Below are positions 6,989 to 17,317 of a stretch of DNA of 58,100 bases, one piece after another. Position 1 is the stretch's first letter; every line of letters begins with the position of its first letter. Location: contig JAYEMF010000012.1 of assembly GCA_034717975.1 (NCBI GenBank), positions 1-58,100 of the forward strand. Direction: 5' to 3'. The DNA comes from Campylobacterota bacterium (GTDB lineage: Bacteria > Campylobacterota > Campylobacteria > Campylobacterales > Sulfurimonadaceae). Position numbers and translations under genes: made by a program. Below the pieces are notes generated by a model. It had not been told where the DNA came from and did no database searches. It worked only from the letters and a program-made list of their open reading frames with translations.

Positions 6989-9487
6989 TTAATGAACGCT
7001 AACTATTTTTTCTCTTCCAAATACTTTAAACATCACGATCAGTTTTGGCAGTAGCAGCAGGTCTGTGATCAGTGCCATTACCATAGCGACAACGGTCAAC
7101 AGCCCGAAATAGATAGTCGGAATAAACGGTGAGAGTACCAGTACGAAAAAGCCGATGGTGATGGCAGCTGATGTGTAGCTCATCGCGTAACCGATACTCG
7201 CATGTGAACGTGTCATAGCCTTATCGTAATTACTGGTTATTATAAACTCTTTTCTGAAACGGTAGAGATAGTGGATGGTGTTGTCAACCGCGATACCGAT
7301 ACTGATGGAGGCGATGGTGATTGTCATCATATCCAGAGGGATATCGAGCCATCCCATCAATCCAAAGACCATACCGATCGGCACAAGATTGGCGATGATC
7401 GCAACCAGGCCGATGCGAAGTGATCTGAAAATAAACCAGAACATTGCGAAGAGCAGGGCTACCATAGCGCCAAGGGTAAGGATCTGTGATGAAAAAAGAC
7501 TCTGCAGCATATTGTTGTAAAGTACCATGATCCCGGAGAGATGGACCTGCTCAGCCGGAATTCCTACTTTCTCTGTCAGTTCCGTACGAATCTTCTTTAG
7601 CAGAGCATTACGGCGGAGGGTTGGATCAGAGTCGACAATACGGACATAAAAACGGGCCTGATCATTTTCAATGCTCAGGTAAGGTTTGATGATAAGCTGT
7701 GCAAACTCCTCAGGCAGTTCGTTATAGAGCAGGGCAAGTTCGAAGTTGTCCAGATCTTCGCCCTCATTAAGAGTTCTCCCGACACGTTGCATCGTTCCGA
7801 ATGAGAGTACCTTACCAACTTCCGGGAGCGATTCCAGGTAGGCATGAACTTTTTCAATGCGCTGCATCTTATCCGAAGTAAACCAATACTGATCCTGCTG
7901 CTCTTCTTCTTTAAATTCAGCTTCAAAGTCATCAAAAAACTCATCCTCTTCCTCAGCTGGAACATCAGCTTCATCTTCTTGGGTATCAGGAAAGTCGATG
8001 GTGATATCCAACGGTGTCGTTCCACCGAGTTGCCGATCTATCATGGCCATGCCCTGATAGATCTCGGTGGATGATTTGAAATAACTGATGAAACTGTTTT
8101 CAACACGCAGTTTGGACGATCCGGAGAGACTGAAAAAGATCATCAGCAGAGTCGCAATAAAGATGGCTGTACCGTAACGTCTGACAATAGTGGCAAAAAC
8201 TGCAGTGACCGAGAACTCTCTTTCAAACTGGGTGTTGGGTTTGGTGCGCTTCACAAGGATCAAGAGCGTCGGGAAGAGCAGGTAGGTCAAAATAAATGAG
8301 ATGATCAGTCCGGCACTCATCATCCAGCCGAGGTTGATAACAGGCAAAATACCGGAGAGGATGAGTGATAAAAAACCGGCAATAGTTGTAATAACTGCAA
8401 AAAAGGTAGGTTTGTACATCGAGAGGACGGCATGCAGGACAAGATCTGCCTGCTTCTGTCTGGAGAAGTTTTTCGCCAGTTCACGGTAACGTACGATCAG
8501 GTGGATGATAATCGAGGTGGTGAGGATCAGCTGCAAGGAGACATAATTGGATGAGATGACCGTGACTTCCCAGCCAAAGAAGCCCAACAGACCAATGGAA
8601 GCGATAAGGGATGCCGTCAGAATAAGGACAGGGATAAAGACCCACTGCAGTTGTCTGAAAACGATCCATAAGACAGTAATGAGCAGAAGCAGGACGATGA
8701 TACCATAGCTTTTGAGATCATTTTTGACAAAGGTGACCATATCGTCCGCGATCATATTGACACCGCCGAGGAACATCTCTGCATCGTCACGATGCTCCTG
8801 CATAATGGAACGGATTTTTATGATATTGCCATGCTGGGCATCCCGGACACCATCACGGTAATCTCGGAATGTTTTCTGAATGGTGGCATATTGATGCTTC
8901 TGTGCAAGTGTCAGATTGCCATCTTTGGCGCGTTGACGCAGGCCATTGCGTTCATCCAGCATCTGGTAGTAGCGCTCATCATATTGAAGATTGATCATAA
9001 TGGCAGTTGATCTGAAGTCGGCACTTACAAGATTTTCCAAATAGAGTGGATTTGTAATAAACTCATTTTTTGCCATCGATATATTGACATCATTGGATGC
9101 AATGGTCGGGATATTGTCAACCAGATCCTTGACAGGTTTAGGAGGACTTTGCAGAAGAGGAACATTTAGAATTGATGTAACGGATTCTACCTGTGGAAGT
9201 TTTTCAAGTTTTTCGCTGAGACGGCGGATGTTCTCTCTTGTCGTCTCCGAGAGCAGGGGTGTATGCGGTGTGTAGGCGATGACAAGAAAATCGGGACTCC
9301 GATAGCGTTTATTGACCACTCTGCTGTAGGCGAGGTCTTTGTCATCTTCAAGCAACAGGGTCTCTGCCGAAGCATCTATCTTGAGGCTGAATGCCTGATA
9401 ACCAAGAAAACTGATCAAAAAGAAGATCAGCAGAAGGACGGTTTTAGGATAGACAAAGACGACGTTACGGTAAAATTTTTTCAGCAT
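6989..9487 (-). CDS. MMPL/RND-family transporter
   Basis: 832 aa, two-repeat TM architecture, SIGIAVDNTIHY motif. Confidence 0.88.
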   Translation of the reverse strand: MLKKFYRNVVFVYPKTVLLLIFFLISFLGYQAFSLKIDASAETLLLEDDKDLAYSRVVNKRYRSPDFLVIAYTPHTPLLSETTRENIRRLSEKLEKLPQVESVTSILNVPLLQSPPKPVKDLVDNIPTIASNDVNISMAKNEFITNPLYLENLVSADFRSTAIMINLQYDERYYQMLDERNGLRQRAKDGNLTLAQKHQYATIQKTFRDYRDGVRDAQHGNIIKIRSIMQEHRDDAEMFLGGVNMIADDMVTFVKNDLKSYGIIVLLLLITVLWIVFRQLQWVFIPVLILTASLIASIGLLGFFGWEVTVISSNYVSLQLILTTSIIIHLIVRYRELAKNFSRQKQADLVLHAVLSMYKPTFFAVITTIAGFLSLILSGILPVINLGWMMSAGLIISFILTYLLFPTLLILVKRTKPNTQFEREFSVTAVFATIVRRYGTAIFIATLLMIFFSLSGSSKLRVENSFISYFKSSTEIYQGMAMIDRQLGGTTPLDITIDFPDTQEDEADVPAEEEDEFFDDFEAEFKEEEQQDQYWFTSDKMQRIEKVHAYLESLPEVGKVLSFGTMQRVGRTLNEGEDLDNFELALLYNELPEEFAQLIIKPYLSIENDQARFYVRIVDSDPTLRRNALLKKIRTELTEKVGIPAEQVHLSGIMVLYNNMLQSLFSSQILTLGAMVALLFAMFWFIFRSLRIGLVAIIANLVPIGMVFGLMGWLDIPLDMMTITIASISIGIAVDNTIHYLYRFRKEFIITSNYDKAMTRSHASIGYAMSYTSAAITIGFFVLVLSPFIPTIYFGLLTVVAMVMALITDLLLLPKLIVMFKVFGREKIVSVH

Positions 9488-9503
9488 ATGATCTCAGTGT
9501 TAC

Positions 9504-10112
9504 TTAGGCTGGTTTCTCATCATCGTTTTCCAGCTTCTTCAGCAGCTCATCGAATGAGTGCTCTTTCAGGAAGCTTGCATACTGAGAACGGTAACTCTGT
9601 AAAAAACTGACACCGACAACTTCGACATCGTAGATGAGCCACTCTCTCTTTTTTGTCAGATAGAACTTATAGATGATCTCTTTGGTGTCGGTTTTTGTTT
9701 TGAGCGATGCAGTCACCTGTATACGGTTTTTCTTTACGCGTGTAGAGGCTTGAATAAGGACTTCCGTATCTGCAAAAATATCCATTTTATTCAGGTATGA
9801 CCTTTTTATACGTGCAACAAAGATGTCGCTGAACTGTTTGCGCTGCTCTTTGCTGATGGACTTCCATATTTTTTTATTGAGAGAGAGGCGTGCCATCAGG
9901 TTGAAGTCAAACAGCGGGGAGACCTCGTCAAGGACCTTTTGCTCGCGGGTTTCGGTGTCGCTGCTTTTATCTCTGAGAATAGAGTAGAATATTTCTGATT
10001 TCTCAATCATCATCGTTTTTAGCTCTTCTTCTTCCGTTTGGGCCGCACTAAGTGACAAAGGCGCAAAGAGAGTGAAGGTCAGGATTAGAAGGTAGGCAAT
10101 AAACTGTTTCAT
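9504..10112 (-). CDS. mlaC: MlaC/Ttg2D-family periplasmic phospholipid-binding protein
   Basis: FDFNLMARLSL, WLIYDVEVVGVSFLQSYRSQY. Confidence 0.85.
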   Translation of the reverse strand: MKQFIAYLLILTFTLFAPLSLSAAQTEEEELKTMMIEKSEIFYSILRDKSSDTETREQKVLDEVSPLFDFNLMARLSLNKKIWKSISKEQRKQFSDIFVARIKRSYLNKMDIFADTEVLIQASTRVKKNRIQVTASLKTKTDTKEIIYKFYLTKKREWLIYDVEVVGVSFLQSYRSQYASFLKEHSFDELLKKLENDDEKPA

Positions 10113-10114
10113 GG

Positions 10115-10915
10115 TTACTCCGCTATAAGGTTATTTCTATATTGTTCATATGAATCACGTAAAAAAGGATAAAGATCAATGGCATCCTCTGTGAGCTTCT
10201 GATAGGCTCCCGGAGTTAACGAATACTCATTGAAGTCTTCATATCCTCTGATCAGGATAGACTGCCAGTATGGTTCAACCAAATTGTAAAAACGGTCGTC
10301 GACATAATAGATCGGATCGACAACTCCATCCACAAATGTACCTGTCAGGTCACGCAGGTTTCGCTGGCCAAAAAATGGCAACACTACCGGGAAACCGCTT
10401 CCGACACCGTAAGAGCCAAGGGTCTGTCCAAAGTCTTCGATATGCGGTTCGATTCCAAACCAATCTTCAGCCGGATCAAACAGGCCAAGCAGGCCAATGG
10501 TCGAGTTGATCATAAAACGCAGGGTCTCATTCCCCGCATGGACCAACTTGAACTGTAGCAGATTGTTGGCAAAACTGACCGGATAGTAGAGATTTTGGAA
10601 AAAGTTGTAGACTGATTCACGTCCACCTTCCGGAACGACAAAACGATAGCCGTCAGTAGCCGGATCAACAACATTGATCAGCAAGACATCATTAAAGTCG
10701 GTCATCAAGCGATTGTAACCGCTAAGCGGATCAAAGATCTCTTCACTGGCTTTGTCATCTTCTGCAAACTCGTCGTCAAACTCATCAGCAAAATCATCAA
10801 ATGCTTCAGTTTCTTGAACTTCTATGGCTGCATTTTCTCTATCTTCAATGTTCAGCCCGGGCTTGGCAGTAGCAATGGCAATAGTAAAAAAAGATAGTAA
10901 TAATAAAAAACGCAT
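10115..10915 (-). CDS. mlaA: MlaA/VacJ-family protein
   Basis: DPLSGYNR, RFMINSTIGLLGLFDPA, EDFGQTLG, VVLPFFG. Confidence 0.9.
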   Translation of the reverse strand: MRFLLLLSFFTIAIATAKPGLNIEDRENAAIEVQETEAFDDFADEFDDEFAEDDKASEEIFDPLSGYNRLMTDFNDVLLINVVDPATDGYRFVVPEGGRESVYNFFQNLYYPVSFANNLLQFKLVHAGNETLRFMINSTIGLLGLFDPAEDWFGIEPHIEDFGQTLGSYGVGSGFPVVLPFFGQRNLRDLTGTFVDGVVDPIYYVDDRFYNLVEPYWQSILIRGYEDFNEYSLTPGAYQKLTEDAIDLYPFLRDSYEQYRNNLIAE

Positions 10916-11052
10916 ACCGCCAATTCGTGATTAAAATTAAAGGAAGATTATATCTTTTCTTTATTTAATTGTGGGAACAAAGCTGTTTGGTGGTCAGATG
11001 AGAATATAATTTCACTTATTAAAATGCTACGATAGGTAACTGGAGGTAAAAG

Positions 11053-11688
11053 GTGAAAGTCATTATTTTCGATATGGATGGGACGCTTATCGATTCTCAG
11101 TATGACATTACTATCTCGGTTAATCATGTCAGAGAAGAACATTACGGACTGGAACCTCTAAGCAGTGCTTTTATCGTTGAAGCGATCAACCGCCATCAGC
11201 GAAATCTTCCCGAACTCTTTTATGGGACAGCGGTCTATCATGAGCATGATCGCGATCTTTTTGAGGCGCATTATCATGAACAGTGCATTCAAAACCCAAG
11301 GCTGTACGATGGAGTTGAAGCACTTCTTCAGCATCTGAGCAGTGAAAAAGTCAAATTGGCTGTAGCCACCAATGCACCCGGCAAGTTCGCCAAACGGATG
11401 TTGTCTCACCTGGGTGTTGCTGATCACTTTTCTCATATCATCGGGGCAGATATGGTTGAAAAACCAAAACCGGACAGGGCGATGCTCTCACACATTCTCG
11501 ATTCGTTTGGTTTTCATCACGGAAGTGATCGTGCCTGGATGATCGGGGATAACTCCAAAGATATTGAAGCTGCCTTAAATGCCGGAATTCACAGTGTATT
11601 TGTCACCTGGGGGTTCAGCAGTGAGGGTAAAGGCGACCATGTGATCGAAAAACCGCATAAATTACTCAAGATTATTGCATCTGAGTGA
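11053..11688 (+). CDS. HAD-family phosphatase (phosphoglycolate phosphatase-like)
   Basis: FDMDGTLIDS, KPKP, MIGD motifs. Confidence 0.88.
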   Translation: MKVIIFDMDGTLIDSQYDITISVNHVREEHYGLEPLSSAFIVEAINRHQRNLPELFYGTAVYHEHDRDLFEAHYHEQCIQNPRLYDGVEALLQHLSSEKVKLAVATNAPGKFAKRMLSHLGVADHFSHIIGADMVEKPKPDRAMLSHILDSFGFHHGSDRAWMIGDNSKDIEAALNAGIHSVFVTWGFSSEGKGDHVIEKPHKLLKIIASE

Positions 11689-11727
11689 TATTTTTTGTAG
11701 AATAGACGAAAACCATTAGGAGATCTT

Positions 11728-12981
11728 ATGTTTGATCTCGATTTTATTATCACATTCGTCTTGATGGGTCTGCTTTTTGTACGGCAAACCATGGTCTTTA
11801 AAGATCAGAACAAGATCAATTATGCGCCGCTTCTGCTTGGTGTCGGCGGTATCGGAGCGATGATCCATCTGCTGCTTCACCCTGAATCCGAAAACTTCAT
11901 TCTTCTCTTTCGTGAATCGCTGCTGCCATTTTTTGCCGGTTTGATGCTTTTTGTCATTATGAATATCATGCATCAGACTAAACAGCGCGAAGCTACCATG
12001 CTGCAAAATGATTTTACAAAGCATCTTATGGATCAGGTCACACATCTGAAAGAGTATATTGGGATTTTAGAAACCAATCAGCATAGAATGAGTGAGCAAG
12101 AGAAGAATATACAGCTTGAGATACAGGAGGTCTTTAAAAAAGAGAAAAAGGCCCTTGGTGTTATCGTTGGGAATCAGGATAGTTTTGTGAAGAAGATCGA
12201 GTCGATCATTGAGCATCAGGAAAAGGCACTTAAAGAGTTTGAGACCTTTGCGCACAAAGAGTTGCCGGACATCGACAATGTGATGCATCGCCACATCGAT
12301 ATGCTGCGAATCTCCGAACAAGATCATTTCAACCAGATCAAACAGGTATTGAAGAACCGGGGAGATAACAGTAGACTTGAAAAGGAGGTGGTTGCTTTAC
12401 GAGAGCGTGTTGAGCAGCTTACACCACTTTTTAAACAGGCGGCTCACAAGCTGGTCACTGATACCGAAGATGAGATCGATACCATGCTGCGCAACTTTGC
12501 CCAACAGTTAAACACACTTCGTGTCCAGAGTGAAGGTATTGCGACGTCACTCAATGAAGATGAGAGTATCCTTGAAGATATAAAAGAGCAGAGTCAGATA
12601 CTGATGAAACAGATCATACTCTCTGCCAAACAGATGGATGAAGTGCACAACGAGAGCGGACGTATCAAAGAACTTTTTGAACCGCTTCAGGCGATGATCG
12701 ATGAGCTCTCCGGTGTTCACAGCGACTATGCTACGGCAAAACTTCAGCTAGATCGTCTCAATGAGTCGATCAAACATACAGAACTTGAGCAGATCGATCA
12801 GATGCGGGTACAGATCGATACGCTTGGAGAACAGCTTAATCAAAAGATCGAAAGCTCGATCGCCCAACTGCATGAACATTATCATATAGCTGAAAAAGAT
12901 ATCTCACAAACCGTCCAGGAACTCTCAACACGTGTCAAAATGCAAAAGAGTTACGCTGTAGAGCAGAGGGATGATACGTAG
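11728..12981 (+). CDS. Hypothetical protein: 3 N-terminal TM helices and a long coiled coil
   Basis: 417-aa ORF with SD AGGAG. Confidence 0.75.
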   Translation: MFDLDFIITFVLMGLLFVRQTMVFKDQNKINYAPLLLGVGGIGAMIHLLLHPESENFILLFRESLLPFFAGLMLFVIMNIMHQTKQREATMLQNDFTKHLMDQVTHLKEYIGILETNQHRMSEQEKNIQLEIQEVFKKEKKALGVIVGNQDSFVKKIESIIEHQEKALKEFETFAHKELPDIDNVMHRHIDMLRISEQDHFNQIKQVLKNRGDNSRLEKEVVALRERVEQLTPLFKQAAHKLVTDTEDEIDTMLRNFAQQLNTLRVQSEGIATSLNEDESILEDIKEQSQILMKQIILSAKQMDEVHNESGRIKELFEPLQAMIDELSGVHSDYATAKLQLDRLNESIKHTELEQIDQMRVQIDTLGEQLNQKIESSIAQLHEHYHIAEKDISQTVQELSTRVKMQKSYAVEQRDDT

Positions 12982-13001
12982 TTGGATAATGGATTGGAAA
13001 A

Positions 13002-13086
13002 CACTAAACAGTTCTCTCGCCGTAAGGCGTAGCTTTAGTGACATAGCGTCTAGCGTAGGTTTTGGGACTTTGTTCCAAATACCGTT
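13002..13086. repeat. REP-like structured repeat, copy A
   Basis: Hairpin CACTAAA..CGCC-GTAA-GGCG..TTTAGTG, then TAGCGTAG-GTTTTGG-GACTTTGTT-CCAAATACC-GTT, between convergent genes. Confidence 0.6.
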
Positions 13087-13940
13087 CAAATAATGTGGAT
13101 GACGGGAGAGAAGGCTTTGGTGCTGACTGTCACCTGCATACCGACTTTCAGGCGGTTGACATCGTCATGGTCGAGAACGACTTCAACGATCTGCTGGCCG
13201 ATAGCGACGATCGCAATATGAATGATATCGGCCTTGATGATATCGAGCAGTTCCCCTGTTAAAGAAAACTTTTGACTCCCTGTCGTATGAAGCAGGATCT
13301 CTTTGGGTGTGCCATCCTGTATGACTTTGCCATGATCGAGTACAATCACCCTCTGTGCAAGGCGATAGATCTCGCTGGGATCATGACTGACCATGATGGT
13401 AGTAGTGCCGAACTCTTTGTGCAGAGCCAAAATGTCATGTTGCAGCTTGGTGCGCATGGCTGGGTCGAGTGCAGAGAGCGGCTCATCCATCAGCAGGATT
13501 TTTGGCCGATTCATCAATGCACGGCAGAGAGAGACCCGCTGTTTCTGACCACCGCTGAGTGTATTGGGAAGACGCTGGGCAAGTTCATTCAAATCAGTCA
13601 TCTCCAGGAGGTGGTTGGCAAGATCTCTGTCTTTATTGACATAAAGCAGGTTCTGCTCAATACTCATATTGGCGAACAGAGCATAATCCTGAAAGACAAA
13701 GCCGATACCGCGCTGCTGCGGGGGCAATGCATATTTTTTATTTAACCATGATTCATCAGATACGCTGATTGTACCGGTGGCCCTCTCCAGGCCTGCCAAA
13801 ATCCGAAGCAGCGTTGTTTTCCCGCTGCCGCTCTGACCGGCAAGTGCAATAAAATCATGCTCTTTGATGCCCAGTTCAACATCCAGATCCATTGGCCCGC
13901 TACTGCCCTGAAGGGTTTTATGAATCTTCAGGTCGATCAT
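13086..13940 (-). CDS. modC: Molybdate ABC transporter ATPase
   Basis: GQSGSGKTT, LSGGQKQR, LLMDEP; in the mod operon. Confidence 0.9.
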   Translation of the reverse strand: MIDLKIHKTLQGSSGPMDLDVELGIKEHDFIALAGQSGSGKTTLLRILAGLERATGTISVSDESWLNKKYALPPQQRGIGFVFQDYALFANMSIEQNLLYVNKDRDLANHLLEMTDLNELAQRLPNTLSGGQKQRVSLCRALMNRPKILLMDEPLSALDPAMRTKLQHDILALHKEFGTTTIMVSHDPSEIYRLAQRVIVLDHGKVIQDGTPKEILLHTTGSQKFSLTGELLDIIKADIIHIAIVAIGQQIVEVVLDHDDVNRLKVGMQVTVSTKAFSPVIHII

Positions 13941-14623
13941 TATGCCACTCCGATACGTCTGTTGTGACGCTGATTGAAAAGATAGACTCCAAGCAGTACC
14001 ACAAAACTGAGTACGAGCATGATCGCGCTATAGATATGCGCCTGTGAGTAGTCCATCACCTCTACAAACTCATAAATAGCCACTGAAGCGACTTTGGTCT
14101 CACCCGGGATAGAACCACCGACCATCAGTACCACGCCGAATTCACCGACGGTATGGGCAAAGGTTACGATCAGTGCCGTCATCAATGCCGGTTTGATGTT
14201 GGGCAGTGCCACACGCCATAGGGTTTGAAATTGGCTTTTTCCAGCTATATAGGAAGCTTCGAGCATATTTTTGTTGAGTGATTCAAACCCGCCTTGCAGC
14301 GGTTGAACCATAAAAGGAAAAGAGTAAAAACAGCTGGCTATGACCAGTCCGGTAAAGTTAAAGACCAGTTTAATACCGAAAGTCTCCTCAAAAAAGGCCC
14401 CGACAGGGGAGTTCTGGGAGAGAGCAAAGAGGATGTAAAAACCCAGTACTGACGGTGGCAGAACGATCGGCAATGAAGTAACGGCTTCTACAAAAGGTTT
14501 ACAGCGACACTTCGTCCGGCTTAGCCACCAGCTGATCGGCAGTGCAACTATAAACAGGATAAGCGTTGTAATGCCTGCCAGTTTAAAGGAGAGCAAAAAG
14601 GGGGTGAAATCGAGTTCACTCAT
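13940..14623 (-). CDS. modB: Molybdate ABC transporter permease
   Basis: LPIVLPPSVLGFY, FAHTVGEFGVVLMVGGSIPGET; start MSELDF at 14623. Confidence 0.93.
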   Translation of the reverse strand: MSELDFTPFLLSFKLAGITTLILFIVALPISWWLSRTKCRCKPFVEAVTSLPIVLPPSVLGFYILFALSQNSPVGAFFEETFGIKLVFNFTGLVIASCFYSFPFMVQPLQGGFESLNKNMLEASYIAGKSQFQTLWRVALPNIKPALMTALIVTFAHTVGEFGVVLMVGGSIPGETKVASVAIYEFVEVMDYSQAHIYSAIMLVLSFVVLLGVYLFNQRHNRRIGVA

Positions 14624-15032
14624 TGTTAATTGCCTTGTTATGAATGCGAAAAATGGAGAGATCACTGGCCTGTATCAATGCTGTTACACTCTTTTGGGCT
14701 TGAAGGTTCATACGAATGGATGATTCACGTGTGATGATGCTTTCCAGGCTTGTCTCACCAAAATGCAGCAGGACACTGCTAAGCAGCGAACCGTTATTGA
14801 CACTTTCAATGCTAACGTCTATCTGATTGGAAATACTCAGTTCACCTTCAACATCTTTGGCCAGGGCTATTTTGGTAGCTTTAACCCCCAGCGTTACCTG
14901 TGAACCGACAACAAGGGTTTTATCCAGCTCCAGTGCCACCATGCGAAGCGGCTGTTCGTAAGCTTCAAAGGAGACGACACTCAGGCTGTCGGATTTTTGA
15001 ATGTCCGTTACGGTAGCGCCGATCTGGTTCAT
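14616..15032 (-). CDS. TOBE/Mop-domain molybdate-binding protein
   Basis: MNQIGATVTDI...LSISNQI...SIITRES...VTALIQASDL; tandem TOBE domains. Confidence 0.85.
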   Translation of the reverse strand: MNQIGATVTDIQKSDSLSVVSFEAYEQPLRMVALELDKTLVVGSQVTLGVKATKIALAKDVEGELSISNQIDVSIESVNNGSLLSSVLLHFGETSLESIITRESSIRMNLQAQKSVTALIQASDLSIFRIHNKAINNE

Positions 15033-15775
15033 TGAATGATGTATCCGTACCGTTTGAAGATCGCTTTGGCTTTTTCGCTGAGAATAAAGTCGTAAAACGC
15101 TTTATACTCACTGTTTTTCTCTCCATATTTCAAAAGAACGATCCCCTGTTCAATAGGGGTATAGAGAGTCGGGTCGACCGGTGCCCAGTTGATACTCTCT
15201 TTGTATTCACTCATTTTTGAGCTATAAAGCGACGATTTGGCGATCAATCCGATATCGGCCGCTGTAACGGCATAGGCAACAGTCTGGGAAGCTGACTCGG
15301 CATAGACAAATTTTGCTTTGACCTGGTCGTAGACCTTTGCGTTCTTCATCGCTTCAACCGCCGCTTTGCCGTAAGGGGCCGTTTTTGGATTGGCAATGGC
15401 GATTTTCTCGATCTTTTCACTTGTTACGAGGGCTATGCCTTTGGAAAAATCCTGCGGTTTTACACTCAGGTAAGCCAGACCGCCTTGTGCATAAACGATT
15501 GGCTCTGTTATGGCAAGTCCATTACTGTAGAGTGCCTCCGGGTACTTCATATTGGCACTCATAAAGAGTCCGTAAGGCGCACCGTTCTTGATCTGTGCTG
15601 TCAGCTTTCCGCTGCTTCCCAGTGTTACTAGGACTTTGGTGTCTGGATTGGTCTTGGCGAATTCGGCCTTGAGCTCATCTATGGCGTAACTTACATTGGC
15701 GGCTACGGCGATATTGATTTTAGCCGCGGTAAGGGTTGCAGCGGCAAGTAAAAGTGAGAGAAAAATCTTTTTTAT
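15029..15775 (-). CDS. modA: Molybdate ABC transporter periplasmic binding protein (ATA at the start position)
   Basis: Frame is open 71 codons upstream of the track start: (I)KKIFLSLLLAAATLTAAKINIAVAANVSY...LGSSGKLTAQIKNGAPYGLFMSAN. Also IAIANPKTAPYG. SD AAGGA precedes ATA at 15775. Confidence 0.88.
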   Translation of the reverse strand: MKKIFLSLLLAAATLTAAKINIAVAANVSYAIDELKAEFAKTNPDTKVLVTLGSSGKLTAQIKNGAPYGLFMSANMKYPEALYSNGLAITEPIVYAQGGLAYLSVKPQDFSKGIALVTSEKIEKIAIANPKTAPYGKAAVEAMKNAKVYDQVKAKFVYAESASQTVAYAVTAADIGLIAKSSLYSSKMSEYKESINWAPVDPTLYTPIEQGIVLLKYGEKNSEYKAFYDFILSEKAKAIFKRYGYIIQ

Positions 15776-15784
15776 TGTTGATCC

Positions 15785-17236
15785 TTAAAAGAAATAGTTA
15801 AATTCAAGTCGGTATTCATTGTAAGAGACATCGGTTTTCGTATTGCCGTTTATATCTTGGATATTATCGTCGGCATCGACGAAGCCAAGACGGATCTTCA
15901 TCTCCAGGTTCTCAGCCAGTTTCTGGAACATATCGATATGCAGGATATTGCTGTCTGCCTGGACACCAGGTTTTGCATCATCAAAATCTTGAATAGCGTA
16001 GCGACTCAGGAGTCTGAATCCTGGAAGCATACCGGCTTTATTGAAGTCGTAGTCGAAGCGGATCATACTGGTTTTGGTATTGGCATACCAGTTGTACTGT
16101 GCCATGGCACGGCTAAATCCACCTGTCGGAAATCCACGCCACGGTGCAACGATGTCGGCTTTGTCATCAATCTCGGAGTATCCTAAACGGACAAGCATCG
16201 GGCCATTTTTAAAATCGACACGTCCGGCGATCAGAGCACTGTCAAGGCTGGTTGGATTTGTATAGCCGTCTGCTTTAGCCTTGAGATTGGCTACTGAAAT
16301 GTTTGTGCCCAGTTCATCCATCTGTTTCATATAACGCATACCCGGAGTGATTGACCACGCACCCAATGGAATTTTGTAGTGTGCTTCAAGTGTGACGTTG
16401 CTTACTACATCCGGTACGATCATGTAGTTTACCGCGGCTTTTAGGTTTTCGACAGACTTATTGGTTGCAGAAGCAATAATCAGCTCATTGTCAGTGCCGA
16501 CAAGATCGGGTGTCAAACTCTTATTGACAGCAGAGTCATCATTTTCGTTCCAACTGTCATAGGCGATGACATCATGTGCATTCGTGTGGTCACGAAGTTT
16601 TTGTGCCGCAAAGTAGGCAAGTTTGATACTGGTCTGCGGTATCTCTTTGCTTATCATGCTTAGGCCGTCAAAAGTGTTTGGAATCATCTTGGTATCGTTA
16701 GACTTGGTATAGAGCGATTCAAAGAGTTGACGACCACCGATAAATGTTGTTTGGCTGATATCGTATTGTAAATAGGCCTGCCCAAGTACACTCATGCCAA
16801 AGTGACCGTCGTAACCACCTCCATTCTTGATGTTATTGCGTTCAAAGCTATCTTTACCGGCTTTAACATAACCGACATTCTCTTTGTCTTCACGGAAAAA
16901 GTCGGGATTTTGCGTGGTGTAAAGTCCTGCTGCTGCACTTAGGCCATTTAGCGGTGCCGTTTTATAGATAAGGCTGCCTCCAATCCCCATGGCGCGGTTG
17001 TCTTTTTGCTTGCCGTCGATCTCTTCGCTCCAATCCCAGTAAAAGGTGTTCATACGCAACCGGCCGTAAACCATCCCTTCTTGAAAAGCGTCCTGGAGAT
17101 TATCGACACTTTTTGGGAGTTGATTGTATACCAGGGTGCAGTTTTTGTTGAGCGTCACTTTATCCGTTTCAAGGGCTGATACGGTAGTTAGAAGTAGAAC
17201 ACCGGCTACAATAGAAGTTCGAATAAATGTTTTCAT
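15785..17236 (-). CDS. OprD-like outer-membrane porin
   Basis: Signal peptide, beta-strand-rich, NDTKMIPNTFDG, C-terminal EYRLEFNYFF. Confidence 0.8.
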   Translation of the reverse strand: MKTFIRTSIVAGVLLLTTVSALETDKVTLNKNCTLVYNQLPKSVDNLQDAFQEGMVYGRLRMNTFYWDWSEEIDGKQKDNRAMGIGGSLIYKTAPLNGLSAAAGLYTTQNPDFFREDKENVGYVKAGKDSFERNNIKNGGGYDGHFGMSVLGQAYLQYDISQTTFIGGRQLFESLYTKSNDTKMIPNTFDGLSMISKEIPQTSIKLAYFAAQKLRDHTNAHDVIAYDSWNENDDSAVNKSLTPDLVGTDNELIIASATNKSVENLKAAVNYMIVPDVVSNVTLEAHYKIPLGAWSITPGMRYMKQMDELGTNISVANLKAKADGYTNPTSLDSALIAGRVDFKNGPMLVRLGYSEIDDKADIVAPWRGFPTGGFSRAMAQYNWYANTKTSMIRFDYDFNKAGMLPGFRLLSRYAIQDFDDAKPGVQADSNILHIDMFQKLAENLEMKIRLGFVDADDNIQDINGNTKTDVSYNEYRLEFNYFF

Positions 17237-17317
17237 TTGATTGCCTTTGAGCTTATGTGCCTTCAATATTAACGTATAGTTTCGTGAAAATAGCTTAGTG
17301 TAAGCAATAAAGTGACA

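Noticed and set aside
17237..17317. ModE box or Moco riboswitch upstream of the porin-mod operon
   Set aside because: No convincing CGTTATATA-N-TATATAACG palindrome, and the spacer is too short and unstructured for the riboswitch.
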